The position numbers were made by a program, and so were the translations under genes. The notes under the pieces are model-generated. The model ran no database searches and was not told where the DNA came from. It saw only the letters and a list, made by a program, of their open reading frames with translations. DNA of 64,000 nucleotides from Bryobacteraceae bacterium (lineage in GTDB: Bacteria; Acidobacteriota; Terriglobia; Bryobacterales; Bryobacteraceae). The stretch covers positions 26,476 through 90,475 of the forward strand of contig DATHMO010000212.1 of assembly GCA_035486995.1 (NCBI GenBank), read 5' to 3'. Shown here piece by piece: positions 26,446 to 37,525 of the stretch; position 1 is the first letter of the stretch; each line of letters begins with the position of its first letter.

Positions 26446-29400
26446 CGGGGCGCGGCGCAGGGCGCTGGATGTTTCGCAATCGTTCATCGTGCAGGCGCCG
26501 GCGGGTTCGGGCAAAACCGAACTGCTGATCCAGCGCTACCTGAAATTGCTGGAGACGGTGGACACGCCGGACGCGGTGGTCGCGATCACGTTCACTCGCA
26601 AAGCGGCGGGCGAGATGCGCTCTCGCGTGATCTCTGCTTTGGGAAAAGCCCGCAGCGGTGTGGAACCCGTTGCCGAGCACGAGCGCGTGACGCTTCAAAT
26701 TGCGCGCGATGTTCTGGAGCACGAGCGGCGCCTCGAATGGAACCTGCTGCAGAACCCGGCTCGTCTGCGAATCGAAACAATCGACGCTTTGTGCGCATCG
26801 ATCACACGGCGTATGCCTTGGCTCTCCAGATTCGGCGCGATGCCCGAGATTGTCGAGAAGGCCGAGGGCTTATATCGGGAAGCCGCGCGAAACACGCTGA
26901 GCCATCTTGAAGAGGGGCATGCAGGGCTTGCGTATCTGCTGTTGCACTTGGACAACGATTTCCAGCGGGCGAAGCAACTCATCACCCAGATGCTTGCGAC
27001 GCGCGATCACTGGCTGCGGCACATCGGGATTCCGCGAGAAGACTTGGAAGACTCGTTGCAACGGATCGTGTCGAACGAACTTGAACACGCAGCTGAAGTG
27101 CTTCCCGAGGCGCGATTGGAGGACCTAGACAGTTGGAGGGCACTGGTCGATCAGCTGCTCACCAAGAAAGACACGCTACGCCAGCGAGTGGATCCGCGCT
27201 ACCAGAAATTGGTCGCCAACCTGCGCGGTGAAGACGCCCGCGTCGAACGGCTGGCACGGGTTCGCAAGCTACCGCCGGCTCGATTCACGGAGCCGCAATG
27301 GCAGGCAGTGGAGTCGGCCGTTTCCGTCCTCACGCTCGCCGTGGCCGAATTGCAGCTGGTGTTTCGCGAGCACGCCCAAGTGGATTTCGCGGAGCTCTCC
27401 ATTCGCGCTTCCGATGCTCTGGGCGAGGTGGATGCACCTGAGGATCTCGCGCTCGCGCTTGGCCATCGGATCGAGCACATCCTGGTGGACGAATTTCAGG
27501 ACACATCGCACACTCAGTTTGAGCTGATCGAAAAGCTCACAGCTGGGTGGGAGCCTGACGATGGACGCACGTTGTTTTTGGTCGGCGATCCGATGCAATC
27601 CATTTATCGTTTTCGTCAGGCGGACGTCAGCTTGTTCTTGCGGGCGCGCCTGGAGGGCATCGGCGCGATCCAACTGGAGCCGCTCACGCTCAGCGTGAAT
27701 TTTCGTTCGCGACCCGGGATTGTGGAGTGGGTGAACGGCGCGTTTGAGTCGATCTTTCCGGCACGCGACGATGTGGAATCGGGCGCAGTGGCCTACTCGC
27801 CCGGCGTCGCGGGGTCGGTTGGCGAGGACGCCCAGATCGGCGTACACGCCTTCGTTGACGAGCGCGACGAGGCTGATCGTCTGATCCACTTAATCCGCAC
27901 CCATGCCGACGGCAGCGTCGCCGTGCTGGTTCGGTCGCGCGCTCACCTGGTGGAGGTCGTGCGAGCTCTAGAGCGCCATCGTATCGCGTTTCAAGCCATC
28001 GAAATCGATCAACTCGGCGAGCGGCCGGTGGTTGAAGATTTGATGGCTCTGACTTTCGCGCTGTTGCATGCGGCCGACCGCGTCTCGTGGCTCGCGGTTC
28101 TTCGGGCGCCCTGGTGCGGGCTCACGCTTGCAGATTTGCACGCGCTGGCAGGTGCCGATCGCGAGTCGACCGTTTGGGATTTGCTCCATGAGCATCTTGA
28201 GACGCTTAGTGAAGACGGTCGCGCGCGAGTGGAGCGGATTCTGCCCGTCATCGAGCAGGCGCTGGATGATCGCGGACGGCGGCCTTTGCGGGACTGGATC
28301 GAGTCGGCGTGGCTCGCGTTGGGCGGGCCTGCGTGCGTGGAAGATGATGCGGCGCTCGAAGATGCCGCGGCTTATTTCGATTTGCTAGGGGGCTTGGCTG
28401 AGGGCGCGGATCTCGCGGATTTTGAGTGGTTCCGCGAGCAGGTGAACAATTTGTTCGCGCCGCCCGATGCGGCGGCCGGAGACCGCTTGCAGCTCATGAC
28501 CATCCACAAGGCAAAGGGCCTGGAGTTCGACACCGTGCTGCTGCCGGGCCTCGGCGAAATCACTGGTTCGGACCAGCAGAGCTTGCTGCTTTGTGCGGAA
28601 AATGGCGGCGAACGATTGCTTGCGGCGGTCCCGGAATCGGGCGGCGAAGACAATGCGATTTACGAATATCTCGAAAGCATCGAGCGGCGTAAATCTGATC
28701 AAGAGACAGCGCGTTTGTTGTATGTGGCGGCAACGCGCGCGCGTCAGAACTTGCACTTGCTCGGCTGCGTCCGGATAAAGGATGACGGCACGATTAGCAA
28801 TCCCAAGTCCGACACGTTTCTGAAGCTGCTGTGGCCGATGATCGGCGAGCACTTCGCAGATCCCGCGCGCCGCGGCAACGCGAACGAAGCCCCGAGTACT
28901 CGGATGATTCGCCGGCTGCCACTCCATTGGCGCGTTCCGCCCGCGCTGCCCGCGGTTGAGTGGGATCGTCCCGAGATCGAGCAGGAGCAACGAACGGATA
29001 CCGCATTCGAGTGGGCCGATGATCGTTCCCGGCTCGCCGGCATAGCGCTGCACGGCTTCCTGCAGAGAATCGCGCGCGAGGGTTTGGACGCTTGGTCTGA
29101 AGCTACTGTGCGCTCGCGGCATTTCGCATATCGAGCCGTGCTGGCGAACTTGGGGGTTTCCGCGAGCGATCTCAAGTGGGCCACAGAGCGCGTGCAATCC
29201 GGCCTCTTGCGGACGCTGCGAGATTCCCGCGGGCGTTGGGTGCTGGACAATCATACGGACGCTGCGAGCGAGTTGCCGATGGCCGGATGGATCGGCGGGA
29301 AATTGTGCGAGGCCGTGATCGATCGCACGTTCATCGATGAGAGCGGGGTGCGTTGGATCATCGATTACAAAACGAGCGAACCGGCGAGTGGAAGCGTTGA

Positions 29401-29581
29401 GAATTTCCTCGAAGCCGAGACGGAACGCTATCGCGAACAACTGGAGCGCTACTCGCGTTTGATGGTGCAACGGGAAGATCGCCCGATCCGGCTGGGCCTC
29501 TACTTTCCGCTGCTGGGCGAGTGGCGCGAATGGGGCGCAGGCGTAGTTTTGCGCAAGCAGGCATCGTTATTTGAACTCTAG
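26432..29581 (+). CDS. AddA-like UvrD/REP helicase with C-terminal PD-(D/E)XK nuclease
   Basis: Start trimmed to ATG 26432 (MIADSGARRRALDVSQSFIVQAPAGSGKTELL, Walker A), giving a 14-nt overlap with the upstream gene. VDEFQDTS helicase motif and IIDYKT nuclease motif. Confidence 0.85.
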   Translation: MIADSGARRRALDVSQSFIVQAPAGSGKTELLIQRYLKLLETVDTPDAVVAITFTRKAAGEMRSRVISALGKARSGVEPVAEHERVTLQIARDVLEHERRLEWNLLQNPARLRIETIDALCASITRRMPWLSRFGAMPEIVEKAEGLYREAARNTLSHLEEGHAGLAYLLLHLDNDFQRAKQLITQMLATRDHWLRHIGIPREDLEDSLQRIVSNELEHAAEVLPEARLEDLDSWRALVDQLLTKKDTLRQRVDPRYQKLVANLRGEDARVERLARVRKLPPARFTEPQWQAVESAVSVLTLAVAELQLVFREHAQVDFAELSIRASDALGEVDAPEDLALALGHRIEHILVDEFQDTSHTQFELIEKLTAGWEPDDGRTLFLVGDPMQSIYRFRQADVSLFLRARLEGIGAIQLEPLTLSVNFRSRPGIVEWVNGAFESIFPARDDVESGAVAYSPGVAGSVGEDAQIGVHAFVDERDEADRLIHLIRTHADGSVAVLVRSRAHLVEVVRALERHRIAFQAIEIDQLGERPVVEDLMALTFALLHAADRVSWLAVLRAPWCGLTLADLHALAGADRESTVWDLLHEHLETLSEDGRARVERILPVIEQALDDRGRRPLRDWIESAWLALGGPACVEDDAALEDAAAYFDLLGGLAEGADLADFEWFREQVNNLFAPPDAAAGDRLQLMTIHKAKGLEFDTVLLPGLGEITGSDQQSLLLCAENGGERLLAAVPESGGEDNAIYEYLESIERRKSDQETARLLYVAATRARQNLHLLGCVRIKDDGTISNPKSDTFLKLLWPMIGEHFADPARRGNANEAPSTRMIRRLPLHWRVPPALPAVEWDRPEIEQEQRTDTAFEWADDRSRLAGIALHGFLQRIAREGLDAWSEATVRSRHFAYRAVLANLGVSASDLKWATERVQSGLLRTLRDSRGRWVLDNHTDAASELPMAGWIGGKLCEAVIDRTFIDESGVRWIIDYKTSEPASGSVENFLEAETERYREQLERYSRLMVQREDRPIRLGLYFPLLGEWREWGAGVVLRKQASLFEL

Positions 29582-29636
29582 CAGCGGTTTTCCCCAGGTA
29601 TGTTAAGATGCAATTGCCGACGTTGTTACATACTTC

Positions 29637-29713
<77 letters not shown>

Positions 29714-29748
29714 ACAACCAACCCACGCTGGCTGGTACTCCAAATCTA

Positions 29749-30645
29749 ATGAAGCCGCTTCACACTATCGTGGCCTTGTGCCTCGCGAGCGGGTGTTTCT
29801 GGGCGCAAGCGCCCCAGCCCGACGGCGGAGGCGTCCGCGCGGGCGAGCTTCCAAAGAGCTGGCGCACGGGCGGGCCCACTTGCGGCGACGCGCCCGAATG
29901 GGAGATTCACGCCTACAACCCCGACCTCTACATTCTGCGCGAGAATGGCTGTGTAAATTATGAGAAGCCGTTCCTCTATCTTTTCTTCGGCAGCGAAAGG
30001 GCGCTTCTCATCGACACCGGCGCGGGAGAAACCCACGTCGCCACCGCGGTTTCTGGGGTCATCGACGAATGGGCCATGCGCAATCATCGAGAGCCGCCGC
30101 CGCTGATTGTCGGCCACTCGCATTCGCACGACGATCACATCGCCGGCGACGCTCAGTTTCGCGCCCGAGCCAACACCACTGTGGTGCCGCTTACCGTGGA
30201 AGCCACCATGAAGACCTTCGACATCCCGCATTGGCCCGATGGCTTCGGCAAGATCGATCTGGGCGGCCGCATCATCGATGTCTTTCCCATCCCCGGCCAC
30301 GACGTGTTGAGCCTGGCCTATTACGATCGCCAGACGGGCATCTTGGATGCCGGCGATAGTCTCTACCCCGGCCGTTTGTACGTGCGCGATTTTCCGGCTT
30401 TCGTTGCGAGCACCGAACGGATGGTCCGCTTCACCGAAGGCAAGATTATTACGCACATTGTGGGTTGTCACATCGAGCAATCGCGCACGCCGTACCTGGA
30501 TTACAAGGTGGGCACCAAGTATCAGCCGGATGAGCATTCGCTCGACATGGGCCGCGGGGAATTGCTCGAATTAAACGACGCGCTATCGCGCATGAAAACG
30601 CCGGTTCGAATGGCGTTTCGCGACTTCACCATCTGGCCGATGTAA
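29749..30645 (+). CDS. MBL-fold metallo-hydrolase (secreted)
   Basis: Signal peptide MKPLHTIVALCLASGCFWAQA. HSHSHDDH carries the HxHxDH motif. Confidence 0.85.
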   Translation: MKPLHTIVALCLASGCFWAQAPQPDGGGVRAGELPKSWRTGGPTCGDAPEWEIHAYNPDLYILRENGCVNYEKPFLYLFFGSERALLIDTGAGETHVATAVSGVIDEWAMRNHREPPPLIVGHSHSHDDHIAGDAQFRARANTTVVPLTVEATMKTFDIPHWPDGFGKIDLGGRIIDVFPIPGHDVLSLAYYDRQTGILDAGDSLYPGRLYVRDFPAFVASTERMVRFTEGKIITHIVGCHIEQSRTPYLDYKVGTKYQPDEHSLDMGRGELLELNDALSRMKTPVRMAFRDFTIWPM

Positions 30646-30664
30646 TCGCTCGCCCTAAGGGATC

Positions 30665-30695
30665 TCGAACAATCGCCCGATATTCCGTATATAAT
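30665..30695 (+). promoter_or_regulatory. candidate sigma70-type -10 element upstream of the 30739 gene
   Basis: Perfect TATAAT at 30690-30695 in a GC-rich intergenic region, 44 nt upstream of the ATG. Only a weak -35 (TCGAAC, 19-nt spacer). Confidence 0.25.
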
Positions 30696-30738
30696 CGTTC
30701 CGAGCCTTGTAAGCTCATGCCTCTTTGTCGAGGGAATT

Positions 30739-31344
30739 ATGCTAAACCAAGTGCGTTTGGCGCTCGCCGTTTTTTGCGCCGTCCCCGTTCTGGCTGTTCA
30801 GCCGTCGATCCCCTTTACTCAAGTTACTGCCGTCGTAATGCCCAATGGGCGATACTCACGCGTCGCCATAGGCGCCATGGGTCGTGAGGCCGCCCATATC
30901 CTCAAGAAATCCGGCGTCTCCCTCGCGTGGCGCATCGGGGACCCTGGACAGAGCGTCGACGGACTCCTCGTCGTAGTGAAGCTGGTTGGCCGTTGCGACA
31001 TGGATGGGCCGGCGGCGATCCTGAAGGCGGGTCCGCTCGGCTGGTCGCATGAGGCGAATGGCGTAGTGCTCCCGTTCAGCGATTTGGCTTGCGACAATAT
31101 TCGCGGCCAGGTACAGAGCGCTCAGGTGACCGGGAATCCGTTGCGCGGCAATGTGTTGCTCGGTCGCGCGATGGGCCGTGTGCTCGCCCACGAGCTGTAT
31201 CACATTGTTGCGGATACCGCTAAGCACGCTGACGCCGGCGTCACGCAGTCTGGCTTATCGGCACGAGAATTGACCTCCGGGCAGCTCGAATTCCAGCCGT
31301 CCGACGTGGAGGCGATGCGAATTGGCTTGCGCCAGGCGCGTTAG
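30739..31344 (+). CDS. hypothetical secreted protein with HExxH motif (putative zinc metallopeptidase)
   Basis: Signal peptide [19 protein letters not shown]. Contains LAHELYHIV (HExxH). No family recognised. Confidence 0.55.
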   Translation: MLNQVRLALAVFCAVPVLAVQPSIPFTQVTAVVMPNGRYSRVAIGAMGREAAHILKKSGVSLAWRIGDPGQSVDGLLVVVKLVGRCDMDGPAAILKAGPLGWSHEANGVVLPFSDLACDNIRGQVQSAQVTGNPLRGNVLLGRAMGRVLAHELYHIVADTAKHADAGVTQSGLSARELTSGQLEFQPSDVEAMRIGLRQAR

Positions 31345-32039
31345 TGCGCGTGCGAATGGGTGTGTTGCGCGGGCCGGCCCGCAAGATCTTTCACCGTTAC
31401 CACGCGATGTCGCGATTCCACGGGCTGGCTCATTTGTTGCCGCACCCAGGCCGTTAATTCGGGAACGCCCAAGCCTGCGCGCAGATTTGTGAACAAAAAA
31501 GGGCGATCGCCGCGCATTTTGCGCGCGTCGCGATCCATCACGTCGAGCGAGGCTCCCACATACGGCGCGAGATCGATCTTATTGATCACCAGTAAATCGG
31601 ACCGGATGATTCCCGGACCGCCCTTGCGCGGAATCTTGTCGCCGCCGGCGACGTCGATCACGTAGATTGATACGTCCACCAGCTCCGGGCTGAACGCCGC
31701 AGCCAGATTGTCGCCGCCGCTTTCGATGAAAACGAGTTCGAGGCCATGGTGCAGGTGCTCCAAGCTTTCGATTGCTTCGATATTCATCGACGCGTCTTCA
31801 CGGATGGCCGAGTGCGGGCAGCCTCCAGTTTCTACGCCAGTGACTCGATCGGCTGGCAGAGTTCCCTGGCGGATCAGAAATTCCGCGTCCTCGCGCGTGT
31901 AGATGTCGTTGGTGACGACGGCCAGGTTCACCGAGGGCCACAAGCTCTGGCTCAGAACATGAACGAGGGCCGTCTTGCCACTGCCGACCGGTCCGGCGAC
32001 GCCGATTCGAAAAGCGCGATGCGTGTGATTATGGCTCAT
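31341..32039 (-). CDS. ureG: urease accessory GTPase UreG
   Basis: [15 protein letters not shown]-loop and a SIMIBI-type body. His-rich ends MSHNHTHR... and ...HTHSHAH. Confidence 0.92.
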   Translation of the reverse strand: MSHNHTHRAFRIGVAGPVGSGKTALVHVLSQSLWPSVNLAVVTNDIYTREDAEFLIRQGTLPADRVTGVETGGCPHSAIREDASMNIEAIESLEHLHHGLELVFIESGGDNLAAAFSPELVDVSIYVIDVAGGDKIPRKGGPGIIRSDLLVINKIDLAPYVGASLDVMDRDARKMRGDRPFLFTNLRAGLGVPELTAWVRQQMSQPVESRHRVVTVKDLAGRPAQHTHSHAH

Positions 32040-32042
32040 AAA

Positions 32043-33761
32043 TCAGAACAGAAAGTAGCGTTGCGCCAGCGGCAGAACGCTGGCCGGTTCGCAAGTGAGA
32101 AGGTCGCCATCGGCGCGGACTTCGTACGTTTCTGGATCCACTTCGATCTGCGGCGTGGCCGAATTGTGGATCATGTCGGCCTTTCCGATCTGCCGGCAGT
32201 TTTCGACGGGTACCAGACGCTTCTTCAACCCGAGCGTTTCGACATGCGACAGCGACGCCAACGAAATAAACATTACGCCGGTGGATTGCGGCGCTGCGCC
32301 GAAGGATCCGAACATTGGCCGATAGAGCACCGGCTGCGGCGTTGGGATCGACGCGTTCGCGTCACCCATCACGCTCCACGCGATGAATCCGCCCTTGATG
32401 ATCATTTCCGGTTTGACGCCAAAGAAGGCCGGGCTCCACAACACCATATCCGCGAGCTTGCCGGTTTCGATGGAGCCAACTTCGTTCGCAATCCCGTGTG
32501 CGATGGCCGGGTTGATGCTGTACTTCGCGACGTAGCGTTTGATGCGCTGGTTATCGCTACGCGACGAATCGCCCGCGAGCTGGCCGCGCTGCACCTTCAT
32601 CTTGTGCGCAGTCTGCCAGGTGCGCGTCACCACTTCACCGATGCGCCCCATGGCTTGTGAATCGCTCGACATCATGCTGATCACGCCAAGATCGTGCAGA
32701 ATGTCTTCGGCCGCAATAGTCTCCTGCCGGATGCGGCTTTCGGCGAAAGCGACGTCTTCGGGAACCTGCGGATTCAGGTGATGGCAGACCATGAGCATGT
32801 CCAAATGCTCGGCGATGGTGTTCACCGTGAGCGGTCGCGTTGGGTTCGTTGACGACGGAAGGATGTTGGGAAGCCCGGCGATCTTGATGATGTCCGGCGC
32901 ATGGCCGCCGCCCGCGCCCTCGGTGTGATAAGTGTGGATCGTCCTGCCGGCAATGGCCGCGATAGTGTCGTCGACGAAACCCGCCTCGTTCAGCGTGTCG
33001 GTGTGGATGGCGACCTGGACATCGAACTCGTCTGCCACGCGGAGGCAGGCATCAATGGCCGCGGGGGTCGTGCCCCAATCCTCGTGCAACTTCAGGCCGC
33101 ACGCTCCGGCCAAAACTTGTTCGGCCAACGGATCGCGCGCCGACGCATTTCCCTTCCCGAGAAACCCGAAGTTCATTGGCCAGCCTTCGGCGGCGCGAAA
33201 CATCTGCTCCAGATTCCAACGGCCGGGAGTGCACGTCGTCGCATTGGTGCCCGTCGCAGGGCCCGTTCCACCGCCGATCATCGTTGTAGTTCCGTTCGAC
33301 AACGCTTCGTAAATCTGCTGTGGCGAGATGAAATGGATGTGGCTATCAATTGCGCCGGCAGTCAGGATTTTGCCTTCGCCCGCGATCACTTCGGTAGACG
33401 CACCGACAACCAGCTCGGGATCCACGCCCGCTTGCGTATCGGGATTTCCGGCCTTGCCGATTTTGACAATGCGGCCGTTGCGAACCCCAACATCGGCTTT
33501 CACAATGCCCCAATGATCGATAATCAGCGCGTTAGTTATCACCAGGTCGAGCGCGCCGTGCTCGGATTCACGCGTTGCGGTGGAGCTTTGGCCCATGCCG
33601 TCGCGAATCACTTTGCCGCCGCCGAACGTGATCTCGTCGCCGTAGACGGTGTAATCCTGCTCCACTTCAGCGATCAATTCGGTGTCGGCCAAGCGGACGC
33701 GATCGCCACGTGTGGGTCCATATAAATCGGCGTAAGTGCGGCGCGGGATCTTCGCGCTCAT
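32043..33761 (-). CDS. ureC: urease alpha subunit
   Basis: 572 aa. Contains [35 protein letters not shown] and MVCHHL, which are the canonical UreC nickel-site motifs. Confidence 0.95.
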   Translation of the reverse strand: MSAKIPRRTYADLYGPTRGDRVRLADTELIAEVEQDYTVYGDEITFGGGKVIRDGMGQSSTATRESEHGALDLVITNALIIDHWGIVKADVGVRNGRIVKIGKAGNPDTQAGVDPELVVGASTEVIAGEGKILTAGAIDSHIHFISPQQIYEALSNGTTTMIGGGTGPATGTNATTCTPGRWNLEQMFRAAEGWPMNFGFLGKGNASARDPLAEQVLAGACGLKLHEDWGTTPAAIDACLRVADEFDVQVAIHTDTLNEAGFVDDTIAAIAGRTIHTYHTEGAGGGHAPDIIKIAGLPNILPSSTNPTRPLTVNTIAEHLDMLMVCHHLNPQVPEDVAFAESRIRQETIAAEDILHDLGVISMMSSDSQAMGRIGEVVTRTWQTAHKMKVQRGQLAGDSSRSDNQRIKRYVAKYSINPAIAHGIANEVGSIETGKLADMVLWSPAFFGVKPEMIIKGGFIAWSVMGDANASIPTPQPVLYRPMFGSFGAAPQSTGVMFISLASLSHVETLGLKKRLVPVENCRQIGKADMIHNSATPQIEVDPETYEVRADGDLLTCEPASVLPLAQRYFLF

Positions 33762-34069
33762 TTGTGCAGAGCTCCGTTCACTGTTCCGTTGTGTCCATGC
33801 ACGGCTCGGCGGCCAGCGAGCGCCACCAGCGGAACTTCTTTTTCTTCGCCCGGCTCAAAACGAATCGCGGTACCGGCTGCGATATCCAGGCGCATGCCGT
33901 AAGCCGCAGAACGATCGAAATCGAGCGCGGAATTCACTTCATAGAAGTGATAGTGGCTGCCCACCTGCACTGGCCGATCGCCACGGTTGCTGACGACAAT
34001 CTGAGCCGTAGCTCGGCCGGCGTTCACTTCCACATCGCCCTCGTCGAGAAAATATTCACCCGGATGCAT
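33758..34069 (-). CDS. ureB: urease beta subunit
   Basis: [19 protein letters not shown]...[27 protein letters not shown] overlap with ureC. Confidence 0.92.
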   Translation of the reverse strand: MHPGEYFLDEGDVEVNAGRATAQIVVSNRGDRPVQVGSHYHFYEVNSALDFDRSAAYGMRLDIAAGTAIRFEPGEEKEVPLVALAGRRAVHGHNGTVNGALHK

Positions 34070-34077
34070 AGAGGCTC

Positions 34078-34380
34078 CTATTGAATCGGATCGTGAATCG
34101 TGACCAGCTTGGTGCCGTCTGGAAACGTGGCTTCCACTTGCACTTCGTGAATCATCTCGGCGATGCCGTCCATGACGTCCGCGCGGGTGAGAATGGTTGC
34201 GCCCAGGCCCATGATCTCGGAAACGCTTCTGCCATCACGCGCCGCTTCCAGGATCTCGGCCGAAAGGATTGCCATGGCCTCCGGATAGTTCAGCTTCAGT
34301 CCGCGCGCGCGCCGCTTTTTCGCCAATTCAGACGCGACGAAGATCATGAGCTTGTCCTGCTCGCGCGGAGTCAGATGCAC
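34078..34380 (-). CDS. ureA: urease gamma subunit
   Basis: Track ORF trimmed to the GTG at 34380, preceded by AAGGAGG. The 100-aa product (M)[34 protein letters not shown] is the canonical UreA. Confidence 0.9.
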   Translation of the reverse strand: MHLTPREQDKLMIFVASELAKKRRARGLKLNYPEAMAILSAEILEAARDGRSVSEIMGLGATILTRADVMDGIAEMIHEVQVEATFPDGTKLVTIHDPIQ

Positions 34381-34397
34381 CGGCTGCCCTCCTTCAT

Positions 34398-35243
34398 TCA
34401 ATGAACTTTTCGGGGAAGCGTGGCGACTCGGCCACGGAGAATCCACTTGGCGGCTTTCCAAATTTCCACCAAGCCGCCCGCTAGCGAACGCCCGCTGACC
34501 GCGAGACCGCGAATCGCGAGACCGTGCGCCCGTAGCGACGTCACTCCCCATAATACTTCAGCGCTCGTAAGTTGATCAGCAACTGTCTGCATTTGCGCTT
34601 CGAAAGTTTTCCAATAGGCGGACGGCTCGCCCGCGCGGCAGATATAGCACGAGGCAAAATGGCGAAACGGGCCGAGGCGCGCGATGGAATCCATACGTTG
34701 AATCAACGGCGCCAGCGTCCAGCGTTCGATCGCGATCGGCTGCCCGTCGGCCATTAGTTCAAAATCGGAAGTGAGCGATTCAAAGCGGAAGATTTCGTCA
34801 GATGCTTCGCGGCCGGGCGCCACGCGGTCGCACCAAATCAGCGAGCCGCCACGCTCGATCTCGACGCGCGTCTTTTGGTCGAAGCGGGAGCCGGCAAATG
34901 GTATCAACTGGTCGGGTAAGTATTCCAAGTACGCATCCGAAGCGATGCTGACTCGCATGCACTGGGATGCACGGCTGCCCGGCGATCGGCTGCGATACAC
35001 GCGAGTGGCGCCGGTGGACGTTACCTGCGCTTGAGCGTGCGGACCAACGTCCACTTGCCACGAGAGCGCATCCGTGTCGAGGATTCCGCCCGAGAGATTG
35101 TGCACGTGAGCGAGAGTCTCGCCCGTAGGGGCAGGAAAACCTCGCACCACGCGCCAGGGGGGCTGCTGTTGCTTGACGCGAAGAATGGTCGCGCCGGCGT
35201 CAGTCGCTTCGAAAGACAAGTGGAGATTTGATGATGGCGTCAT
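34398..35243 (-). CDS. ureD: urease accessory protein UreD
   Basis: 281 aa. UreD/UreH-like pattern ([17 protein letters not shown]...[11 protein letters not shown]). Sits between ureF and ureA. Confidence 0.85.
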   Translation of the reverse strand: MTPSSNLHLSFEATDAGATILRVKQQQPPWRVVRGFPAPTGETLAHVHNLSGGILDTDALSWQVDVGPHAQAQVTSTGATRVYRSRSPGSRASQCMRVSIASDAYLEYLPDQLIPFAGSRFDQKTRVEIERGGSLIWCDRVAPGREASDEIFRFESLTSDFELMADGQPIAIERWTLAPLIQRMDSIARLGPFRHFASCYICRAGEPSAYWKTFEAQMQTVADQLTSAEVLWGVTSLRAHGLAIRGLAVSGRSLAGGLVEIWKAAKWILRGRVATLPRKVH

Positions 35244-35246
35244 CAG

Positions 35247-35900
35247 TCAACTCATGAAGAGGCGCGTATAGAGGCTGGCGTGTCGAGCTGAAGCGAGGTC
35301 CGCGAGAGGCGTGAAGCAGCTGGTTTGGCGTGGTCCAATGGAGGGGCTCTGTTCCGCGATTTGGACGATCGCTGGTTTCAAGCTCCAAAGAATCTGGTGC
35401 GCTTGCGTCTGGCCGAGCGGGAGCAAGCGCTGGCACGCGGAGACCAGAGCGGTGATGGATTGTTGGAGGTACGCCGCGGCGGCCGTTGGAGCATCGATCG
35501 CAAAAACGCCTGCGGCCAAACCAAAGCACGGCGCTAAGTGAACTTCTCCGCCGAGTTCGGACGCGGAGAGCAGCAACTCGTCTCCCGATATATTCGCGGC
35601 TAGCCGCAAGAAGCGCCGGCCCATCGCGGCCGAGGCATCGCGGGATTCGCGGGCCAATTTTCGCGCGCCGAGTTCGGCGTTCCAACAGAACCAATCGTGA
35701 ATGGCCGCGCCACAACTTGCCGCGCAGTAGGCCGCTTCCAGCGCACCGGTTTCGGACAGATAATCCCGCAAGAAAGGCTCTAGAGTTTCGGTGGTTAGAA
35801 ATCCCGCATCAACCAGCGATTCAAGCCCGAACGAATGCGCCGCGCCTCCGATGGGGAACGCACTATCCGCGAGCTGCTGGAGCTGAAGTAGTGGCAGCAT
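35247..35900 (-). CDS. ureF: urease accessory protein UreF
   Basis: Start set at ATG 35900 ([30 protein letters not shown], the canonical UreF N-terminus). ATGA overlap with the upstream gene stop. Confidence 0.85.
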   Translation of the reverse strand: MLPLLQLQQLADSAFPIGGAAHSFGLESLVDAGFLTTETLEPFLRDYLSETGALEAAYCAASCGAAIHDWFCWNAELGARKLARESRDASAAMGRRFLRLAANISGDELLLSASELGGEVHLAPCFGLAAGVFAIDAPTAAAAYLQQSITALVSACQRLLPLGQTQAHQILWSLKPAIVQIAEQSPSIGPRQTSCFTPLADLASARHASLYTRLFMS

Positions 35901-37525
35901 CACGCAAAGAGATACTGCACGTCCTCGGGCAACGGGTCGCACGCCGCCGCTTCATCCCAGCCGAGCTCGGCGCGAACGACGTCGAAGAATGCGCTGCGAT
36001 TCACATCTTGCCCTTGCAGCCGGCTGGCGAGAATGTCCGCCGTAGCAAGATTGCTGCTCGCGGCGACGTAGCCCGCATTCGAAATCAAATCGTAATTGCC
36101 CCAGCGGCTGCGATAAAGCCCCTTTCGATTCCATCTCACAGCCGAATACAGGGCCTCGTCGATGCCGACGAGCGGGAACAGCGCGCCGTAAAGCTTCGCA
36201 AGATCACAACACACACGCGCGAAATAAGTGATGTTCGGCCCATGCCAGGCCGTGCGCAACGGATCGGGGATCAAACCGAATAAATTCGATATCGCAAGGC
36301 GCGTCGGTCCTTTGAATTTGGCAAAGCTGATCATCGGGCAGCCGGCGTATTGGAGCAGCACTTCTGGAACGTTGTCTTGATTGCATGCGCCGTCCCAGTA
36401 GGCTTCAGTGACGTTGACGTACTCGGCGTGGTGCTTGTTCATGACGTCAGCGAGGCCAGTGCGGCGCAAATACTCGGCGTCCTGTTGCCGGATCCAGGCG
36501 CGATGCTCGCGCGCCTCGTGCTCCCAATCGAATTTCGCCTCTTCGACGTTTCTCGACGATGTGTGGCCTTCGAGGATGATCGCAGGCGCCGGCAGAGCCC
36601 GCAGCAAAAGATCGAGCGCGGCTGGGTCAGTATACGTGCCGGTGGCATAACCGTGCCACGTTACTTTGACGAGCACGCGCTCGGGATTCCCCGGCGGCAG
36701 AACCTGTTCCAGCACGCTCGCCATGCGGCCGCAATCCCGTACGGAGGCGATCACGCCAGCGCCCACGGTCCACGACGCCGACTCGGCGGCAACGCTTCGT
36801 TTTGGCGAAGCAACCCGTACAAATTCCCGCGCACGCTTCTCGTTCCATAATCGCGTGATCCGCTGCGTGAGCCAGGCCGTGATCGCAGGATGATCGCCCG
36901 GCGGTTCTGCCATCCGCCACGCGGCGGCTTCCGGATGATCGCGCTGAAAGTTCTGCAGAATCACTTCCGTAAATTCGACGTGCTCGGTTCGCCATAGCGC
37001 TTGTGCAAGCACCACCCAATTCAGAGGACGCTGCGCGCATTTTCCAAGCGTATGCGCGAGAAATGGTTGCGCATGCCGAACGAATCCCACTTCGCCCGCG
37101 GTGAGGCTCAACCGTTCCCAAATTAAGCGCATCAGCCGATAGCTCTGCGCGCGGCTGCCCGCGTCGCCGTGTCCGCTAGCCGCGAAGATTAGTCCGGTGG
37201 CGGGACCCACTCGGTCGGCCAGAGCTTCCACGAGTAACGGATGGCCGGGATCGACGTCGTCATGATGTATAACAAGCGCCGGTTTCGCGCGGCGTGCTTC
37301 GCCAATGGCACGGCCCAGCGCCTCCCGCTGGAGCAGGTTGAAATCGAGCACGGTGGGAAGCACGAAGATCTCGCCTGAATCGCGAGCAGAGATCGCGGCC
37401 GATAACGCCTCGAACGATGTCGCTTCGATCGCCGGGCGGAAACCGAGAATCGGCTCACATGCCGCAGCCAGCGCATTCACGTCCCAACGCGGAATATCCG
37501 TAACGAGAATGAACGCTGGGGTCAG
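35900..37525 (-). CDS. two-domain protein of unknown function: CbiX-like (chelatase-fold) N-half + DUF362-like C-half; start codon unresolved
   Basis: The ORF is open from 37729, but its first ~68 codons are the out-of-frame overlap with the ureohydrolase gene. The N-half shows two CbiX-like half-repeats (AFILVTD...[11 protein letters not shown] and [27 protein letters not shown]...[10 protein letters not shown]). The C-half shows [24 protein letters not shown], which looks DUF362-like by eye. The stop overlaps the ureF ATG. Domain calls need HMM confirmation. Confidence 0.6.
   Translation of the reverse strand: MTPAFILVTDIPRWDVNALAAACEPILGFRPAIEATSFEALSAAISARDSGEIFVLPTVLDFNLLQREALGRAIGEARRAKPALVIHHDDVDPGHPLLVEALADRVGPATGLIFAASGHGDAGSRAQSYRLMRLIWERLSLTAGEVGFVRHAQPFLAHTLGKCAQRPLNWVVLAQALWRTEHVEFTEVILQNFQRDHPEAAAWRMAEPPGDHPAITAWLTQRITRLWNEKRAREFVRVASPKRSVAAESASWTVGAGVIASVRDCGRMASVLEQVLPPGNPERVLVKVTWHGYATGTYTDPAALDLLLRALPAPAIILEGHTSSRNVEEAKFDWEHEAREHRAWIRQQDAEYLRRTGLADVMNKHHAEYVNVTEAYWDGACNQDNVPEVLLQYAGCPMISFAKFKGPTRLAISNLFGLIPDPLRTAWHGPNITYFARVCCDLAKLYGALFPLVGIDEALYSAVRWNRKGLYRSRWGNYDLISNAGYVAASSNLATADILASRLQGQDVNRSAFFDVVRAELGWDEAAACDPLPEDVQYLFA

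Noticed and set aside
29582-29636. Promoter for tRNA-Asp (TTAAGA-N18-TACATA)
   Set aside because: Both hexamers match the consensus poorly (4/6 and 3/6) and the spacing is suboptimal. I cannot support it from sequence alone.
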